Below are positions 39,288 through 49,534 of a stretch of DNA of 64,000 nt, piece after piece. The notes beneath the pieces are model-generated. The model made no database searches and was not told where the DNA came from. It saw only the letters and a list, made by a program, of their open reading frames with translations. Both the position numbers and the translations under genes were made by a program. Location of the stretch: positions 4,352,001-4,416,000 of the forward strand of contig OY970368.1 in NCBI GenBank assembly GCA_963718615.1, in the 5' to 3' direction. This stretch comes from an uncultured cyanobacterium (GTDB lineage: Bacteria; Cyanobacteriota; Cyanobacteriia; PCC-9006; JAAUQQ01). Position 1 is the first letter of the stretch; every line of letters starts with the position of its first letter.

Positions 39288-41247
39288 ACCAGCGCGGATC
39301 GGCGGGCCAAGCCAGTTGGCAGAGGGTGCCCTGGGGATCATCGGGGCGTCGCAGAAATCGACCGCGAAGCTGCTGGGCGATCGCCAAAAGCTGTCGAGTC
39401 CCCTGGGGTAAGGATTGCCAGGAAAGATAGCGGTTTGGACTGCGATTTGGACTCAAACTCAGATTGTCTGGGCTACCTGTACCATTATCGAGGACGCTCA
39501 GAAAGTACCAGTGGCGATAATAGGTTGCCACCACATCTAAGCGCGTGGCCGCAATGGCGTGTTTGCCGACGTTGCAGAGGGCTTCCTCCAAAAACGAGCA
39601 GAGAGCTACTTTCTGTGAGGGGGCGAGTTTACAATCCTGCAAAACCTGGAGCTGAGGAGCCATGAACAACCGGATTGAGTCAAAACCGGAGAACTGTCGC
39701 CTTAGGGTCAAGTCATACACTTGTTGCAGCAACAGATCTGGATCGTCCTGAAGGTCAAGGATCTGTTGACCAATGGCAAAGCCGGATTGGTCGAGGAGGA
39801 TTTCAGCCCGCATGGACTCGTAGATTTGGCGCAAATCACTGTCGAGGGTTTTGAGTTCCCGATGCAACTCCTGGCGATCGAGATTAGGGCTTTGAGTTTC
39901 TAAGCTACGCAGCAAAATGACAATGCTTTGCAGCGGACCATTGTGAACGGCTTCGTAGGCTTGCTCTAGCATGGTGCTGCGCTGCTCTAGCTTGAGTTGT
40001 AGTTCCCAATCCATAAACAGGGTCGTAAAACCTGCCCCGCAAAAACAGAGTAATGCCGGGAGGAGCGGTAGCCATAGTCCCCAGATCAGGACACCACTCA
40101 GCCCCAGCAGGCCGAATCCTCCGCAGCCCAGCCCCAACAATCGACTCCAGGGGGAGGGTAAGCCGACTCCCAACATCAACCCCAGACCGCCACAGGTGGC
40201 AATGAGTCCGTATTCTAGCCAAGCGGGCAAGACCGAGATGCCGCGACGCCCCTCCAGAACTTGGCTGATAATTTGGCTGGTGGCGTGGGCATGGACTTCG
40301 AGACCGTAGACAATTTGCGTCACGTCTTCGGTGTAGGCCGGATTGCCCCCGGCGAGGGTGTATTGAATGCCAGCGGAAAAGAAAAAATCTTTGGCACTTT
40401 CGTCGAGGCTACCGATGATCACGATGCGATCGCGCACCCAGTCCGGATCAAAATCCCGCTCCAGCACCTCCATCAACGAAAGCTGACTAAAGGTTTGGTT
40501 ATGATGGCGAAATTTCAGCAGTTGTTGCCAATCGACGATGGTCTCTTTGACATAACCGCCGCCCAGGGGGGGTAAGGGTTCTAGGCTCGTTTTTCCCAAA
40601 CGGATCGGTTCATTGGGACGGTCGGGAAAGATGGGGCGATCGCCAAGGTACTGAGCGGCAAGCTGAAGCGCAAAGGCGGATTTGATCTGCCCCTGGGGAT
40701 TGAGGGCGGCTAGGGTGATGCGTCGTACCCGAAAGTCTTTATCTTCAGTTAAGTCTGCGAAGCCGACACGCTCGGGCGGAATGCCAGGGGGCGGAGCAAT
40801 GGTATCCCAAAAGGCTTTTTCGATCGCCACCACATTCGGTAAACGGCTCAGGGTCTGGACCAGCTCTGCATTGCCGGGTTCAATGGGAATATCGCGAAAA
40901 AAGTCGAGTCCAATGACGCGGGCTCCAGCGTCGTGCAAAATTTCCAGTGCCTGGGCGATATCGCGATCGGGAATGGGATAGCGACCGATCGCCGTTACAT
41001 CACTATCTCGAACACCGACCAAGGTGATGCGGGGGTCGGGGGATTCGAGGGGGCGATGACGCAGGGTTTGATCGTAAACCAGGAGTTCGAGGGATTCAAG
41101 CAGACCGAGGGCGCGCACCACTAGGACGAAAGCAATGATGAGGCTACCGGGCAGGGCGATCGCCCGCACCAACCGCAGCCGCCGATGGAGCAGATGTCTC
41201 AGCGCTCGGGGAAGGGAAAAAGGGAACACAGCAAGGGATCCAATCAA
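39142..41247 (-). CDS. CHASE2-domain sensor histidine kinase-like protein
   Basis: DPRITLVG, YPIPD, GLDFFRD, YGLEVHAH; three TMs; VHNGPLQ H-box, EEALCNVGKHA, DNGTG. Confidence 0.88.
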   Translation of the reverse strand: MIGSLAVFPFSLPRALRHLLHRRLRLVRAIALPGSLIIAFVLVVRALGLLESLELLVYDQTLRHRPLESPDPRITLVGVRDSDVTAIGRYPIPDRDIAQALEILHDAGARVIGLDFFRDIPIEPGNAELVQTLSRLPNVVAIEKAFWDTIAPPPGIPPERVGFADLTEDKDFRVRRITLAALNPQGQIKSAFALQLAAQYLGDRPIFPDRPNEPIRLGKTSLEPLPPLGGGYVKETIVDWQQLLKFRHHNQTFSQLSLMEVLERDFDPDWVRDRIVIIGSLDESAKDFFFSAGIQYTLAGGNPAYTEDVTQIVYGLEVHAHATSQIISQVLEGRRGISVLPAWLEYGLIATCGGLGLMLGVGLPSPWSRLLGLGCGGFGLLGLSGVLIWGLWLPLLPALLCFCGAGFTTLFMDWELQLKLEQRSTMLEQAYEAVHNGPLQSIVILLRSLETQSPNLDRQELHRELKTLDSDLRQIYESMRAEILLDQSGFAIGQQILDLQDDPDLLLQQVYDLTLRRQFSGFDSIRLFMAPQLQVLQDCKLAPSQKVALCSFLEEALCNVGKHAIAATRLDVVATYYRHWYFLSVLDNGTGSPDNLSLSPNRSPNRYLSWQSLPQGTRQLLAIAQQLRGRFLRRPDDPQGTLCQLAWPADPRWFKRLRYPFPQNPPHPLEAERQRRAAVRRARQAADQGDSDRGQSDGSPL

Positions 41248-41278
41248 GTCATCGTGGATTGGGAGCCGACGGTGAGCG

Positions 41279-41974
41279 TTAGCTAATCAGCCCTAGCCGT
41301 CGGGCTTCCATTTCAATCTTAATCCGAGAATCTTTGCCGGGTTCGTCGGGAATGTCGAGGCAGTTTTGAATACGAATCCAGTAGTTGCGCACGGTGCGAT
41401 CGCTCACACCCATGATTTTGGCGATCGCTCGGTCAGTTAGTCCTTCTTCGAAGCGGTAGGACAAAAGCTGAAGCCAACTGGGCTCAAAGGTGATGCGCGA
41501 TCGCAAATCAATCGGCAAATGTACAGCCCCTTGGAGCGATAGGTCAATAAGGGGCAGGGCTTTTTCGAGGCTCTCGGATTTTTCAATCCCCGAAAAGCCA
41601 CCGCCGTAGACATTAATACTTTGCTTGAGCCGCACCAAGGGCTGCAAATAGGAGCTCAGTACAAAAAGATTGGGGCAGGGCCGTTTGCCCATGAGGCTTT
41701 CCAGCAACCGGAGCCCGATGTTCACTCGGGCCTCTGGGTCACGGGCATTGGGGTTGGTCGAGTCGGGAATACAAAGGTCGATAATGATCAGATCGTAGTG
41801 GATTTGACCTGCTAAGTGGAGGGTTTCGAGTCGATCTTTGGCAGTATCGAAGGTTGCCTGGGGATAACAATTTTTGAGAGTGGGGATCAGTCCCTGTAGG
41901 ACCGCGTCATGGTCATCGACAATCAGGATCCTGCCAGTGAAGTCTGGCCGATAGGGGGGAGGGGTCAGGTCCAT
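41279..41974 (-). CDS. Response regulator with LuxR-like HTH
   Basis: ILIVDDH, IIDL; GLTDRAIAKIMGVSDRTVRNYW. Confidence 0.88.
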   Translation of the reverse strand: MDLTPPPYRPDFTGRILIVDDHDAVLQGLIPTLKNCYPQATFDTAKDRLETLHLAGQIHYDLIIIDLCIPDSTNPNARDPEARVNIGLRLLESLMGKRPCPNLFVLSSYLQPLVRLKQSINVYGGGFSGIEKSESLEKALPLIDLSLQGAVHLPIDLRSRITFEPSWLQLLSYRFEEGLTDRAIAKIMGVSDRTVRNYWIRIQNCLDIPDEPGKDSRIKIEMEARRLGLIS

Positions 41975-42184
41975 GGTGAGTATTGAGAGAAACAACAGAG
42001 GGAAACAACGGAATAGAGGGTATAAATACGGATTGGGTGTCTAGGGGATTATCGGAGATTTTTCTACTAGTTATTACCATAGGTAGAGAATGCCGCTTTG
42101 AACATTTCCAAAATGGAATCGAGGGTTCCGAATCTGGAAACCCCCTTATTTTTTAATTGCCTTGTTTTTTAATTGCCTTGTTTT

Positions 42185-44782
42185 TTAACTGGGTTCGGGG
42201 CCGGAGGCAGTACAGGTGCGACGCAGCAATACGGTGCCATCGGCGAGTTTGTAGGTACTGTCAGCTTCCATTGCCAAGACAGGGATGGGGAGGCGTTCGT
42301 CGGGGGGGACGTCAAGGGTGGGTGGGACATCGTAGGTCAAGAAGGGAGTCTTAAAGACACGGGTAAGCTCGCGATACCGGGTGAAAGAACTGATGTCTGG
42401 GATGATTCTGATGCGGACGTTGTCGAGGAGGGCGCGACCTTGGGCATCGAAGCAGCTGGGGCCGATTTGTTTCTCTAGGTCGACGCGGTTGCGGGATTCA
42501 AAAAGTCCTCGGGTGGGGTCGAGGTTGGCGTTGTTGAGGGTGACGGTGCCGTCTTGGCCGTATTCGGAGCTGGCGTTGATGTCGTTGCGATCGGGAAGGT
42601 CTTCGTCTGCGGGGTAGATGCCAAAAAGGTTGAGGACGGTGACGTCGATGTTGCCGCCGTTGCCGAAGACGGCTTTGGCGAGGATATTGTTGTCTTGGTA
42701 GAGGGGGGCGACGATGAAGCCGGTGTCGATGTTGATGTTGCCGCCGTTGCCGGGGCCTTCGGCGCTAGTGTCGATGTTGCTGTTGCCAATGAGGCTGATG
42801 ATGTCTTCGATGTCGAGGTTGATGTTGCCGCCTTGGCCGCTGGCGGTAGTAGCTTTGATGGCTCCTTGATTGCGGAGGACGAGTTGGTTGGCGGTGATGT
42901 TGATATCTCCGGCTCCGTTGTTTCCATCGTTGGCGACGGTGACTTGGCCGCCGTTGCGGATGGTGAGTTTGGGGGTGTTGAGGGTGACGCTGCCTGCTCT
43001 GCCGCTGGGCTTATCGGGGAGACCGAAGACGGCTCGAAAGCCTGGGTCTGGGGATTCTGCGGCGGAGGAGATGAGGCTGGGATTGTTGACAGGGTCTGGG
43101 GAGAAGGGAGAGACGCCGGTGGCGATGCCGTTGATTTCGATGGAGTCTGTGGCGTTGATGGTGAGGTTTCCGGCGTTGCCTTCTGCGTAGGCGGCGGTGA
43201 CGATGTCGCCACCGTCGGAGACGCGCAGTTTGCCAGTATTGATGATTACATCACCGCTGTTGCCGGAGCGGAAGGAATTGCTGCTGATGCCGCTTTGGGA
43301 GGCTTTGTCGTCTGGGAGGGTTCCAATGACATTGATTTGATCTGAGGCGGTGATTTCTACTTGTCCGGCATTCCCAGAACCAAAGCTTGAAGATGTAATT
43401 CTCCCACCGTCAGCTGTCTCTACTTTTGGGGCAGAAATAATAATATTTCCAGATTGAGCTGAGCTGTAAGTCTGGCTAGTGATAATACTCGGTTCTAAAG
43501 GACTTAAACCACCTAAAACCTGTAAGAGACCAGAAGAAACTATCTCCACATCACCAGCTTGTGTCTCAGAAAAAGATGCTGAGACAACTGCTCCACCATT
43601 CTTTATAGCTAGATTCCGAGTCAGGATCTTAATATTTCCCGCATTGCCCTGGCCTAATGACTCACTAAGAATTACTGGAGTTCGGTTTGGCTCTCCATCA
43701 CCAGGATATTTTAGATTTCTAGAGGATGTAGAAGATACTTCGAGCATCTGAGTGGCATTGATATAAATTCCAGAAGAATTTCGTTCACTTTGATTCTGAT
43801 TGATGATTTTGGAAGCATCAACCAGATGTACATTTTTGCCCAAGACTGAGATCAAACCACCGTCACCACTCACATCAATCAAGGAATTTTGAGAAATTTG
43901 AATGTCAAGTAGTTCAGCGATAGCAGTATCACTGAGAGATATCGCTTTTAAAAAGATACTTGGATCATTATTATGCAAGGAGTCAAAATTTATTGATCCT
44001 TGTTTGATACTGGCCAAAAAGATTTGGCCTCCTGGTACCGTAAGAACAGTATTGTTTAAATCAATTCCTGCACCGATGATAGCGAAGGTTTTTCCAGAGT
44101 TAAGCTTCAATTCTGGTCCATCTCTAAAACCAACTCTTGTAGCGGGAATACCAGGTCCACTTTCTACACCTTGACCATTACCTTGTATAGTTATAGGCAT
44201 TGATCTGAATCCCATTAAGAAGCCAGATGGTAGACTAGGTGAAAGAGTAGAAATAAATTCTAAATTTGTTGAGAACAGTGAGTTATCTGTAAACTTAAGG
44301 TTCTCGGCAGTGCTAACGAAAAACGATCCACCGATTTCCAAAGATGCTCTTTTACCAAATTTAATCCCATTCGGATTAAGTAAAAATAGATCTACTAAGT
44401 TACGAGTTTTAATTAAGCCATTGATGTCTGAAGACGAATGACCAGTAACACGGACAACTATTCTATCAATATCGCCGCTATCTTCAAAATTAAGGGAGCC
44501 GTCTTCGGATATAGATAGCCCTTTAAAGCTATGGAATAAATTGCGACCTACTTGAGCTCCACCTCTAACCTTAAAGCTGAGTCCATCAACACTTTCTACC
44601 TGTGTTTCAAAACTGTTATCAGGCAAAACTTGGCCTAGTATTTTTTCATTTCCAAAAAGTATTGCCGCGACGACCATTAAACAAAGAAGACTAGGACGAC
44701 GTAGCCAATTCCAACATCCTAGTTTCCTACTCATTCGATTTAAGAAGCACAACAGCAAAATTACATTATGCCCTGTAATCAC
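42185..44782 (-). CDS. Filamentous haemagglutinin N-terminal (TPS) domain exoprotein
   Basis: NLFHSF, RVTG, LLNPNGI, beta-helix GNAG/GNGG repeats, DINASS; start may be 44734. Confidence 0.92.
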   Translation of the reverse strand: MITGHNVILLLCFLNRMSRKLGCWNWLRRPSLLCLMVVAAILFGNEKILGQVLPDNSFETQVESVDGLSFKVRGGAQVGRNLFHSFKGLSISEDGSLNFEDSGDIDRIVVRVTGHSSSDINGLIKTRNLVDLFLLNPNGIKFGKRASLEIGGSFFVSTAENLKFTDNSLFSTNLEFISTLSPSLPSGFLMGFRSMPITIQGNGQGVESGPGIPATRVGFRDGPELKLNSGKTFAIIGAGIDLNNTVLTVPGGQIFLASIKQGSINFDSLHNNDPSIFLKAISLSDTAIAELLDIQISQNSLIDVSGDGGLISVLGKNVHLVDASKIINQNQSERNSSGIYINATQMLEVSSTSSRNLKYPGDGEPNRTPVILSESLGQGNAGNIKILTRNLAIKNGGAVVSASFSETQAGDVEIVSSGLLQVLGGLSPLEPSIITSQTYSSAQSGNIIISAPKVETADGGRITSSSFGSGNAGQVEITASDQINVIGTLPDDKASQSGISSNSFRSGNSGDVIINTGKLRVSDGGDIVTAAYAEGNAGNLTINATDSIEINGIATGVSPFSPDPVNNPSLISSAAESPDPGFRAVFGLPDKPSGRAGSVTLNTPKLTIRNGGQVTVANDGNNGAGDINITANQLVLRNQGAIKATTASGQGGNINLDIEDIISLIGNSNIDTSAEGPGNGGNINIDTGFIVAPLYQDNNILAKAVFGNGGNIDVTVLNLFGIYPADEDLPDRNDINASSEYGQDGTVTLNNANLDPTRGLFESRNRVDLEKQIGPSCFDAQGRALLDNVRIRIIPDISSFTRYRELTRVFKTPFLTYDVPPTLDVPPDERLPIPVLAMEADSTYKLADGTVLLRRTCTASGPEPS

Positions 44783-44836
44783 TCTTCATCAAGATGCCAC
44801 ATAGAAAACAGACGAACAAGTGTAGGACATGTGAGT

Positions 44837-45169
44837 TCAGACACAGCAATAACACGGTGTTAAGGCCGCATCAACAGAAGTTTCAATCGCCCGACTCAAA
44901 TCATCCTCACTCAAATCCGCAGGTCTCGCAGGCAACCCAATCGTATAAGTCACCCGAGTCACATCCGCATTCGGCTCAATCTTCCAAGCCAAATCCAAAC
45001 TCGGATCAACCACCACCTCAATCCCCTCAGGGATTTCAATCCCCGCCTCATTCAAAAACGGCACCGGATCCGCAATAAACCGCTCACGTACCGAATCATC
45101 CGACCAAGTCCGAGCAATGATCCGTGCAACCGCATTACCTTGCTCGCGCCAATTAGATTGAAGGGGCAT
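44837..45169 (-). CDS. Nitrile hydratase-like leader (NHLP) RiPP precursor-like peptide
   Basis: IIARTWSDDSVRERFIADP, GIEIPEG, LPARPADLSEDDL; Cys-rich end TPCYCCV. Confidence 0.75.
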   Translation of the reverse strand: MPLQSNWREQGNAVARIIARTWSDDSVRERFIADPVPFLNEAGIEIPEGIEVVVDPSLDLAWKIEPNADVTRVTYTIGLPARPADLSEDDLSRAIETSVDAALTPCYCCV

Positions 45170-45351
45170 GGGATTCTCTCATTAACAGTATTTACTCGTA
45201 CCATTAGTCTCACTGAATTTACCTAGAAAATAAGGGGGTTTCCGAATTCGGAAAGATAGCCCTTTGAATTTGAAGACGAGCGATCGCATCCTACCGCAAA
45301 CCCCATTGAGAAAATATAAAAATTTCCGAAAACAAAAAAACAGCCACAAAC

Positions 45352-46149
45352 CTACAGCCAACCGCGCAAGCGGTAGACCACCAGCCCCATATATTCCTTC
45401 ATCGCCCGCGTCGTCAGCCGCAAATTCTCCACATCCGGTAACAAACTCAATAACCGCCCCCGCACCGTCCGTTGGCGATCGCCCCCCGCCACCCAAAAAT
45501 CCGTCGGAGCCGCCACCACCTCCATCCCCAACTTACGGAAAATCGCCAACGATCGCGGCATATGCATCGCCGACGTCACCAACAACAACGGCCCTGCAAT
45601 GCCCCGCTCCCGCAAAACCCGCTGCACATTCACCGCATTCTGCCGCGTATTCAACGAATCTGGCTCCGGAATAATCGCCCCCTCCGGCACCCCCATAAAT
45701 GTCAACAGCTCCACCATATCCAACGCCTCCGATGGACCCCCCGACCCCTGCCAGGAAATCCGTCCCCCACTGGGAATCACCACCGGAGCCTTCCCCAACC
45801 GAAACAGCCGCGCCGCATGGATGACGCGATCGCCCTCCTCACTGATTTCCACCGACGGTCGGGGCGGATCCGCCGATTTAGTTGCCCCCCCCAAGAGGAC
45901 GATCGCCGCCGCCTGGGGCAACTCCTGCGACTGCCGGGGCGGGAGATTCTGCTGTTCTAGACTTGCCACCAGGGAATTTTTCAACAACGGCGTACTCCCT
46001 AACCAGAGAATGAGGAAGGCAGCGGCGATCGCCCCCCTGGCCCAATTACGCCGCTTCTTCGCCCAGATCCAGGCCAACATCAGCAGTACCAACCCCAGCC
46101 CCAGGGGATAAACCAACAGCGGCAACAATTTCGACAAAAACAAAAACAT
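45352..46149 (-). CDS. YdcF/DUF218 (ElyC-like) protein
   Basis: Start MFLFLSK at 46149; IVLLGG, SLNTRQNA, LVTSAMHMPRS, KEYMG. Confidence 0.92.
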   Translation of the reverse strand: MFLFLSKLLPLLVYPLGLGLVLLMLAWIWAKKRRNWARGAIAAAFLILWLGSTPLLKNSLVASLEQQNLPPRQSQELPQAAAIVLLGGATKSADPPRPSVEISEEGDRVIHAARLFRLGKAPVVIPSGGRISWQGSGGPSEALDMVELLTFMGVPEGAIIPEPDSLNTRQNAVNVQRVLRERGIAGPLLLVTSAMHMPRSLAIFRKLGMEVVAAPTDFWVAGGDRQRTVRGRLLSLLPDVENLRLTTRAMKEYMGLVVYRLRGWL

Positions 46150-46163
46150 AACATTTCCCCATG

Positions 46164-46240
46164 GTAGGGGCGCGTATCCCGCGCCCTTGCACCCGCGCCC
46201 TTGCACCCGCACCCGGAGGGTTGGGAATGCCAACCCCTAC
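46164..46240. repeat. GTAG-type REP pair
   Basis: GTAGGGGCGCG..CGCGCCC ... GGGTTGGGAATGCCAACCCCTAC; contains the nucleoside hydrolase stop. Confidence 0.7.
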
Positions 46241-47163
46241 AGCCAGGCCAACCGTTCCGTCAGCAGATCGTAAAATCCGTCCGCATCGATGGTTTGGGCG
46301 ATCGCCACATTGATAGGGTGTGCTCCCGTCCGATCCACAACCAATCGCCCCAGCGTTAACGGACTGCTCGTTTCCACCGTGGCCCCAACCTTTGCCATTG
46401 TAAACAGCTCTGGCCTGAGGATATAGGCAATCACACAGGGGTCATGGAGCGGTGGCCCCGCAAACTGCATCTGTTGTTGTTCCCGCACGCCGTAGTTCCC
46501 TAGCATTCGCGCCACCAACGGGCCGACGGGATTGGCGATCGCTCCCAACCGCGCCCGCCGCTCCGGCGTCGCCAAGGCTGTCTGGGTTACATCCAGGGGA
46601 ATCAGCGTCAAATCCACCCCACTCTCGAACACCACCTGGGCCGCGTGGGGATCGGCGTAAAGATTGAACTCCGCCGCAGAGGTGACATTGCCCGCACCGA
46701 TGGCACCGCCCATCATGATGATTTGGGAGAGGCGATCGCCAATCTCCGGTACCTTCACCAGGGCCACAGCAAGATTAGTCAACGGCCCCAGCGTCGCCAG
46801 GATGATCGGCTTCGGGGCATTCATCAGGGTTTCGATCAGGAAATCGACGCCGTGCTGAGGTTGCAGGGGCATTTGGGGGGGTGGGAATTGCATACCTGCG
46901 AGGCCGTTTTCGCCGTGGACGTGGTCGGCGAGGATGGGCGATCGCACCAACGGTCTCGGACAACCGGCAAACACCTTGAGTTCAGGATGTCCCCCCAGTT
47001 CACAAATACAGCGGGCATTGGTCTGGGTGGTTTCGACCGTGACGTTTCCGGCAACAGTTGTAATCCCCACAATCTCCAACTCCGGCGATGCCATAGCCAG
47101 CAGCAATGCCACCGCATCGTCAATCCCCGGATCGCAGTCAATAAGAATCGGTGTCGGCGACAT
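46237..47163 (-). CDS. Nucleoside hydrolase (IU-NH family)
   Basis: DCDPGIDDA, VHGENG, GPLTN, AEFN, PLDVT, LHDP. Confidence 0.95.
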   Translation of the reverse strand: MSPTPILIDCDPGIDDAVALLLAMASPELEIVGITTVAGNVTVETTQTNARCICELGGHPELKVFAGCPRPLVRSPILADHVHGENGLAGMQFPPPQMPLQPQHGVDFLIETLMNAPKPIILATLGPLTNLAVALVKVPEIGDRLSQIIMMGGAIGAGNVTSAAEFNLYADPHAAQVVFESGVDLTLIPLDVTQTALATPERRARLGAIANPVGPLVARMLGNYGVREQQQMQFAGPPLHDPCVIAYILRPELFTMAKVGATVETSSPLTLGRLVVDRTGAHPINVAIAQTIDADGFYDLLTERLAWL

Positions 47164-48076
47164 GAGTTTCTAAAAAGGCGTCTAGGGCTTCGCGATAGGG
47201 CAGCGAGGTTTGGGCTCCGGGCAAGGTCGTCGTTAAAGCTCCGGCAGCACTGGCCCGGATTAAGGATTCATAGAACGATTGGCCTTCCACCAAACCCACC
47301 GCCAGAGCTGCATTAAAGGCATCCCCTGCCGCAGTCGTATCCACAACCGTCACCGGAAACGTAGGAACTCGAAGCGTCGTATCCGCCGTAGCGCAAAACG
47401 CCCCCCGCTTGCCAAAGGTGACAACGACCCGCTTAGGACCCCGGCGTTGCAGGGTTTGGGCAACTCGAAGGGCATCGTCGGGACTGTTGATGCTGATTCC
47501 CGTGAGACGGCTCGCCTCGTTTTGGTTGGGTGTTAAAACATCGATCAGGGGATAGAGTTCGTTGGGCAAGGCCTCTGGAGCCGGAGCCGGATCCAGAATC
47601 ACCCGGATACCCAGTTCGTGGGCTGCTTGGGCAGCGGCAACCACCACCGGCAGGGGAATCTCTAGCTGCAGCAACAGGGCATCTGCGCCATGGAGAAGGG
47701 GATTGAGGCGATCGACATCGGTCAAATCTACCTGGCCATTGGCCCCCGGAATAATCAGGATTTGGTTTTCGCCGCTATCGGCAACGGCCACAATCGCCAC
47801 GCCCGTCGCACAGCCTCGCTCCACCCGCAGCCCTTCGAGACCAACCCCTTCCTGGCTCAGATGTTCCTGCAAGGCTCGACCATAGGCGTCATTCCCCACC
47901 CGCCCGACCATGTGAACCGGCACCCCCAACCGCTGAACAGCCACGGCTTGATTGGCCCCTTTACCACCGGGAACCGTCAGCAGGCTATGTCCCTGAACCG
48001 TTTCGCCAGGAATAGGCAGCTTGGTGCTGCGGACCACAAGGTCCATATTCAAGCTGCCTAACACACAGATGGTCAT
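47138..48076 (-). CDS. rbsK: Ribokinase
   Basis: GSLNMD, PGGKGANQA, LQLEIP, PNQNE, DTTAAGDAF. Confidence 0.95.
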   Translation of the reverse strand: MTICVLGSLNMDLVVRSTKLPIPGETVQGHSLLTVPGGKGANQAVAVQRLGVPVHMVGRVGNDAYGRALQEHLSQEGVGLEGLRVERGCATGVAIVAVADSGENQILIIPGANGQVDLTDVDRLNPLLHGADALLLQLEIPLPVVVAAAQAAHELGIRVILDPAPAPEALPNELYPLIDVLTPNQNEASRLTGISINSPDDALRVAQTLQRRGPKRVVVTFGKRGAFCATADTTLRVPTFPVTVVDTTAAGDAFNAALAVGLVEGQSFYESLIRASAAGALTTTLPGAQTSLPYREALDAFLETHVADTDSY

Positions 48077-48089
48077 TGAGGGATTACCT

Positions 48090-48158
48090 GTAGGGATGAA
48101 CAGCGGTTCATCCGGGTCGATGGGGCGAGGGGCTGGGACAAATGCGATTCGTCCCTAC
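48090..48158. repeat. GTAG-type REP pair
   Basis: GTAGGGATGAACAGCGGTTCATCC ... GGGACAAATGCGATTCGTCCCTAC; contains the DUF937 stop. Confidence 0.75.
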
Positions 48159-48679
48159 CCGATAAATTTACCGGCCTGAGCCATGAGATCGCCGAGATCC
48201 ACATCGCCGTCGCCGTCGCTGTCCAAAAAGGCATTGAGAACTGGATTGGCTGCCGCAGCGGATTCAGCTTTGCTGGAGCCGGTTTTGAGTAGATTTAGCA
48301 CCAGGGGCACCAGCATCGGCAACAGCGCCATCACGGCTTGGCTGGTCATGCCCGTCTTCTGGGCGACCGCGCTGGCCACCTGTTCCTGCTGTCCCGCATT
48401 AAAAACGGCCTGAACCGCTGCAAGGTTGGGATGGGTTCCAGCAAACTGATGAATCAGTGACTCTACAGCTGAAGGGCCTTCATTGGCGCGCTTTTGCTGG
48501 AGTGACGATCGCACAAAACTCCCCACAGTGGACATCAGCGCAGGGGTTACGGCGGCGTTGAGGCCCTGCTGATTTCCGGCGATCTGCTGGACCGCGCCGA
48601 GGATACTGGCTACCTGGTTGGTGCTGCCTTGGGTATTGGGGTTGGCGATCGCCCCGGCAATAACATCAAACATTCCCAT
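48155..48679 (-). CDS. DUF937-like protein
   Basis: VAQKTG, LLPMLVPLVL, NPVLNAFLDSDGDGDVDLGD. Confidence 0.75.
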   Translation of the reverse strand: MGMFDVIAGAIANPNTQGSTNQVASILGAVQQIAGNQQGLNAAVTPALMSTVGSFVRSSLQQKRANEGPSAVESLIHQFAGTHPNLAAVQAVFNAGQQEQVASAVAQKTGMTSQAVMALLPMLVPLVLNLLKTGSSKAESAAAANPVLNAFLDSDGDGDVDLGDLMAQAGKFIG

Positions 48680-48729
48680 GGTTTACGGGTCTCCCTTGCG
48701 GTTTAGAACGAAATAATAGGGCCATGATT

Positions 48730-48758
48730 GTAGGAACATGGCAATGCCATGTCCCTAC
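48730..48758. repeat. Single GTAG...CTAC palindrome (REP-like)
   Basis: GTAGGAACATGGCAATGCCATGTCCCTAC. Confidence 0.7.
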
Positions 48759-48788
48759 CGGATCACATCGAAATTAATCTATGAATCC

Positions 48789-49130
48789 CTAGCCGACCTG
48801 CACCTGGCTGGTATCGACTTCGGTTGCCCCTTTGACGCCCTTCGCCACAGCAACCATCTTGTCGAGGGTCGCCTGGTCAGCAATTTCGCCCTTGAGGACG
48901 ACCTTGCCGCTGGTTTGTGCGACCCAGAGGCGCTCTTCGTCGTCTAGCGCGGGGTCGTTATCGAAGGCTAAGGCGACGCGCTTCGCCAAACCGCTGTCGT
49001 CATACTCGCCTTCGAGGCCGAGGCGGTAGTCGGGGATGTCATTGCCGTCCGGCGCTTTAGCGACAGCCTTGGGTGCGACGGAAGCGTTCGCAGGCTTGTC
49101 TTTCTTGAACATTCTTGATAACCAGCCCAT
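48789..49130 (-). CDS. BON-domain protein
   Basis: GEYDDSGLAKRV, VVLKG, VKGATEVDT. Confidence 0.8.
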   Translation of the reverse strand: MGWLSRMFKKDKPANASVAPKAVAKAPDGNDIPDYRLGLEGEYDDSGLAKRVALAFDNDPALDDEERLWVAQTSGKVVLKGEIADQATLDKMVAVAKGVKGATEVDTSQVQVG

Positions 49131-49534
49131 GGGAGATTCTCCTAAATACGAGGGATTGAACTGAACTCAAACAACTGGACTCAAACAACTGGGCGGTGTG
49201 AGATACACCAGGATGAACGGCCTTGTCTAAAGACATTTGTCTCAGCATGAGTCTCCGAGACCAGTCAAGCCTACTCTAGAACAAACGCACAGGATTAGCC
49301 TAGCGTGTTCCTTGAGCATGGCCGGTCATGAAAATAACCTAATTTTTATCGTTTTGAGTGTCTATTAAGGATGATTTAACCGCCCCGGCGTTTCCCTGGA
49401 GCCCTTCTGAGGCTTGAGTCTGTCAGGGTTCCCGTAGGTTATGAGTGCGACTGGAGGGAACCCTAGTCCTAGGCGATCGCGTCTTGCTTGGTTAATCTCG
49501 CGACATCCTCTTGCTGGATGGGGAAGGTCTACTC

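Noticed and set aside
44837-45169. Nitrile hydratase alpha subunit
   Set aside because: Only 110 aa, lacks the CxLCSC metal site, and no beta subunit is present
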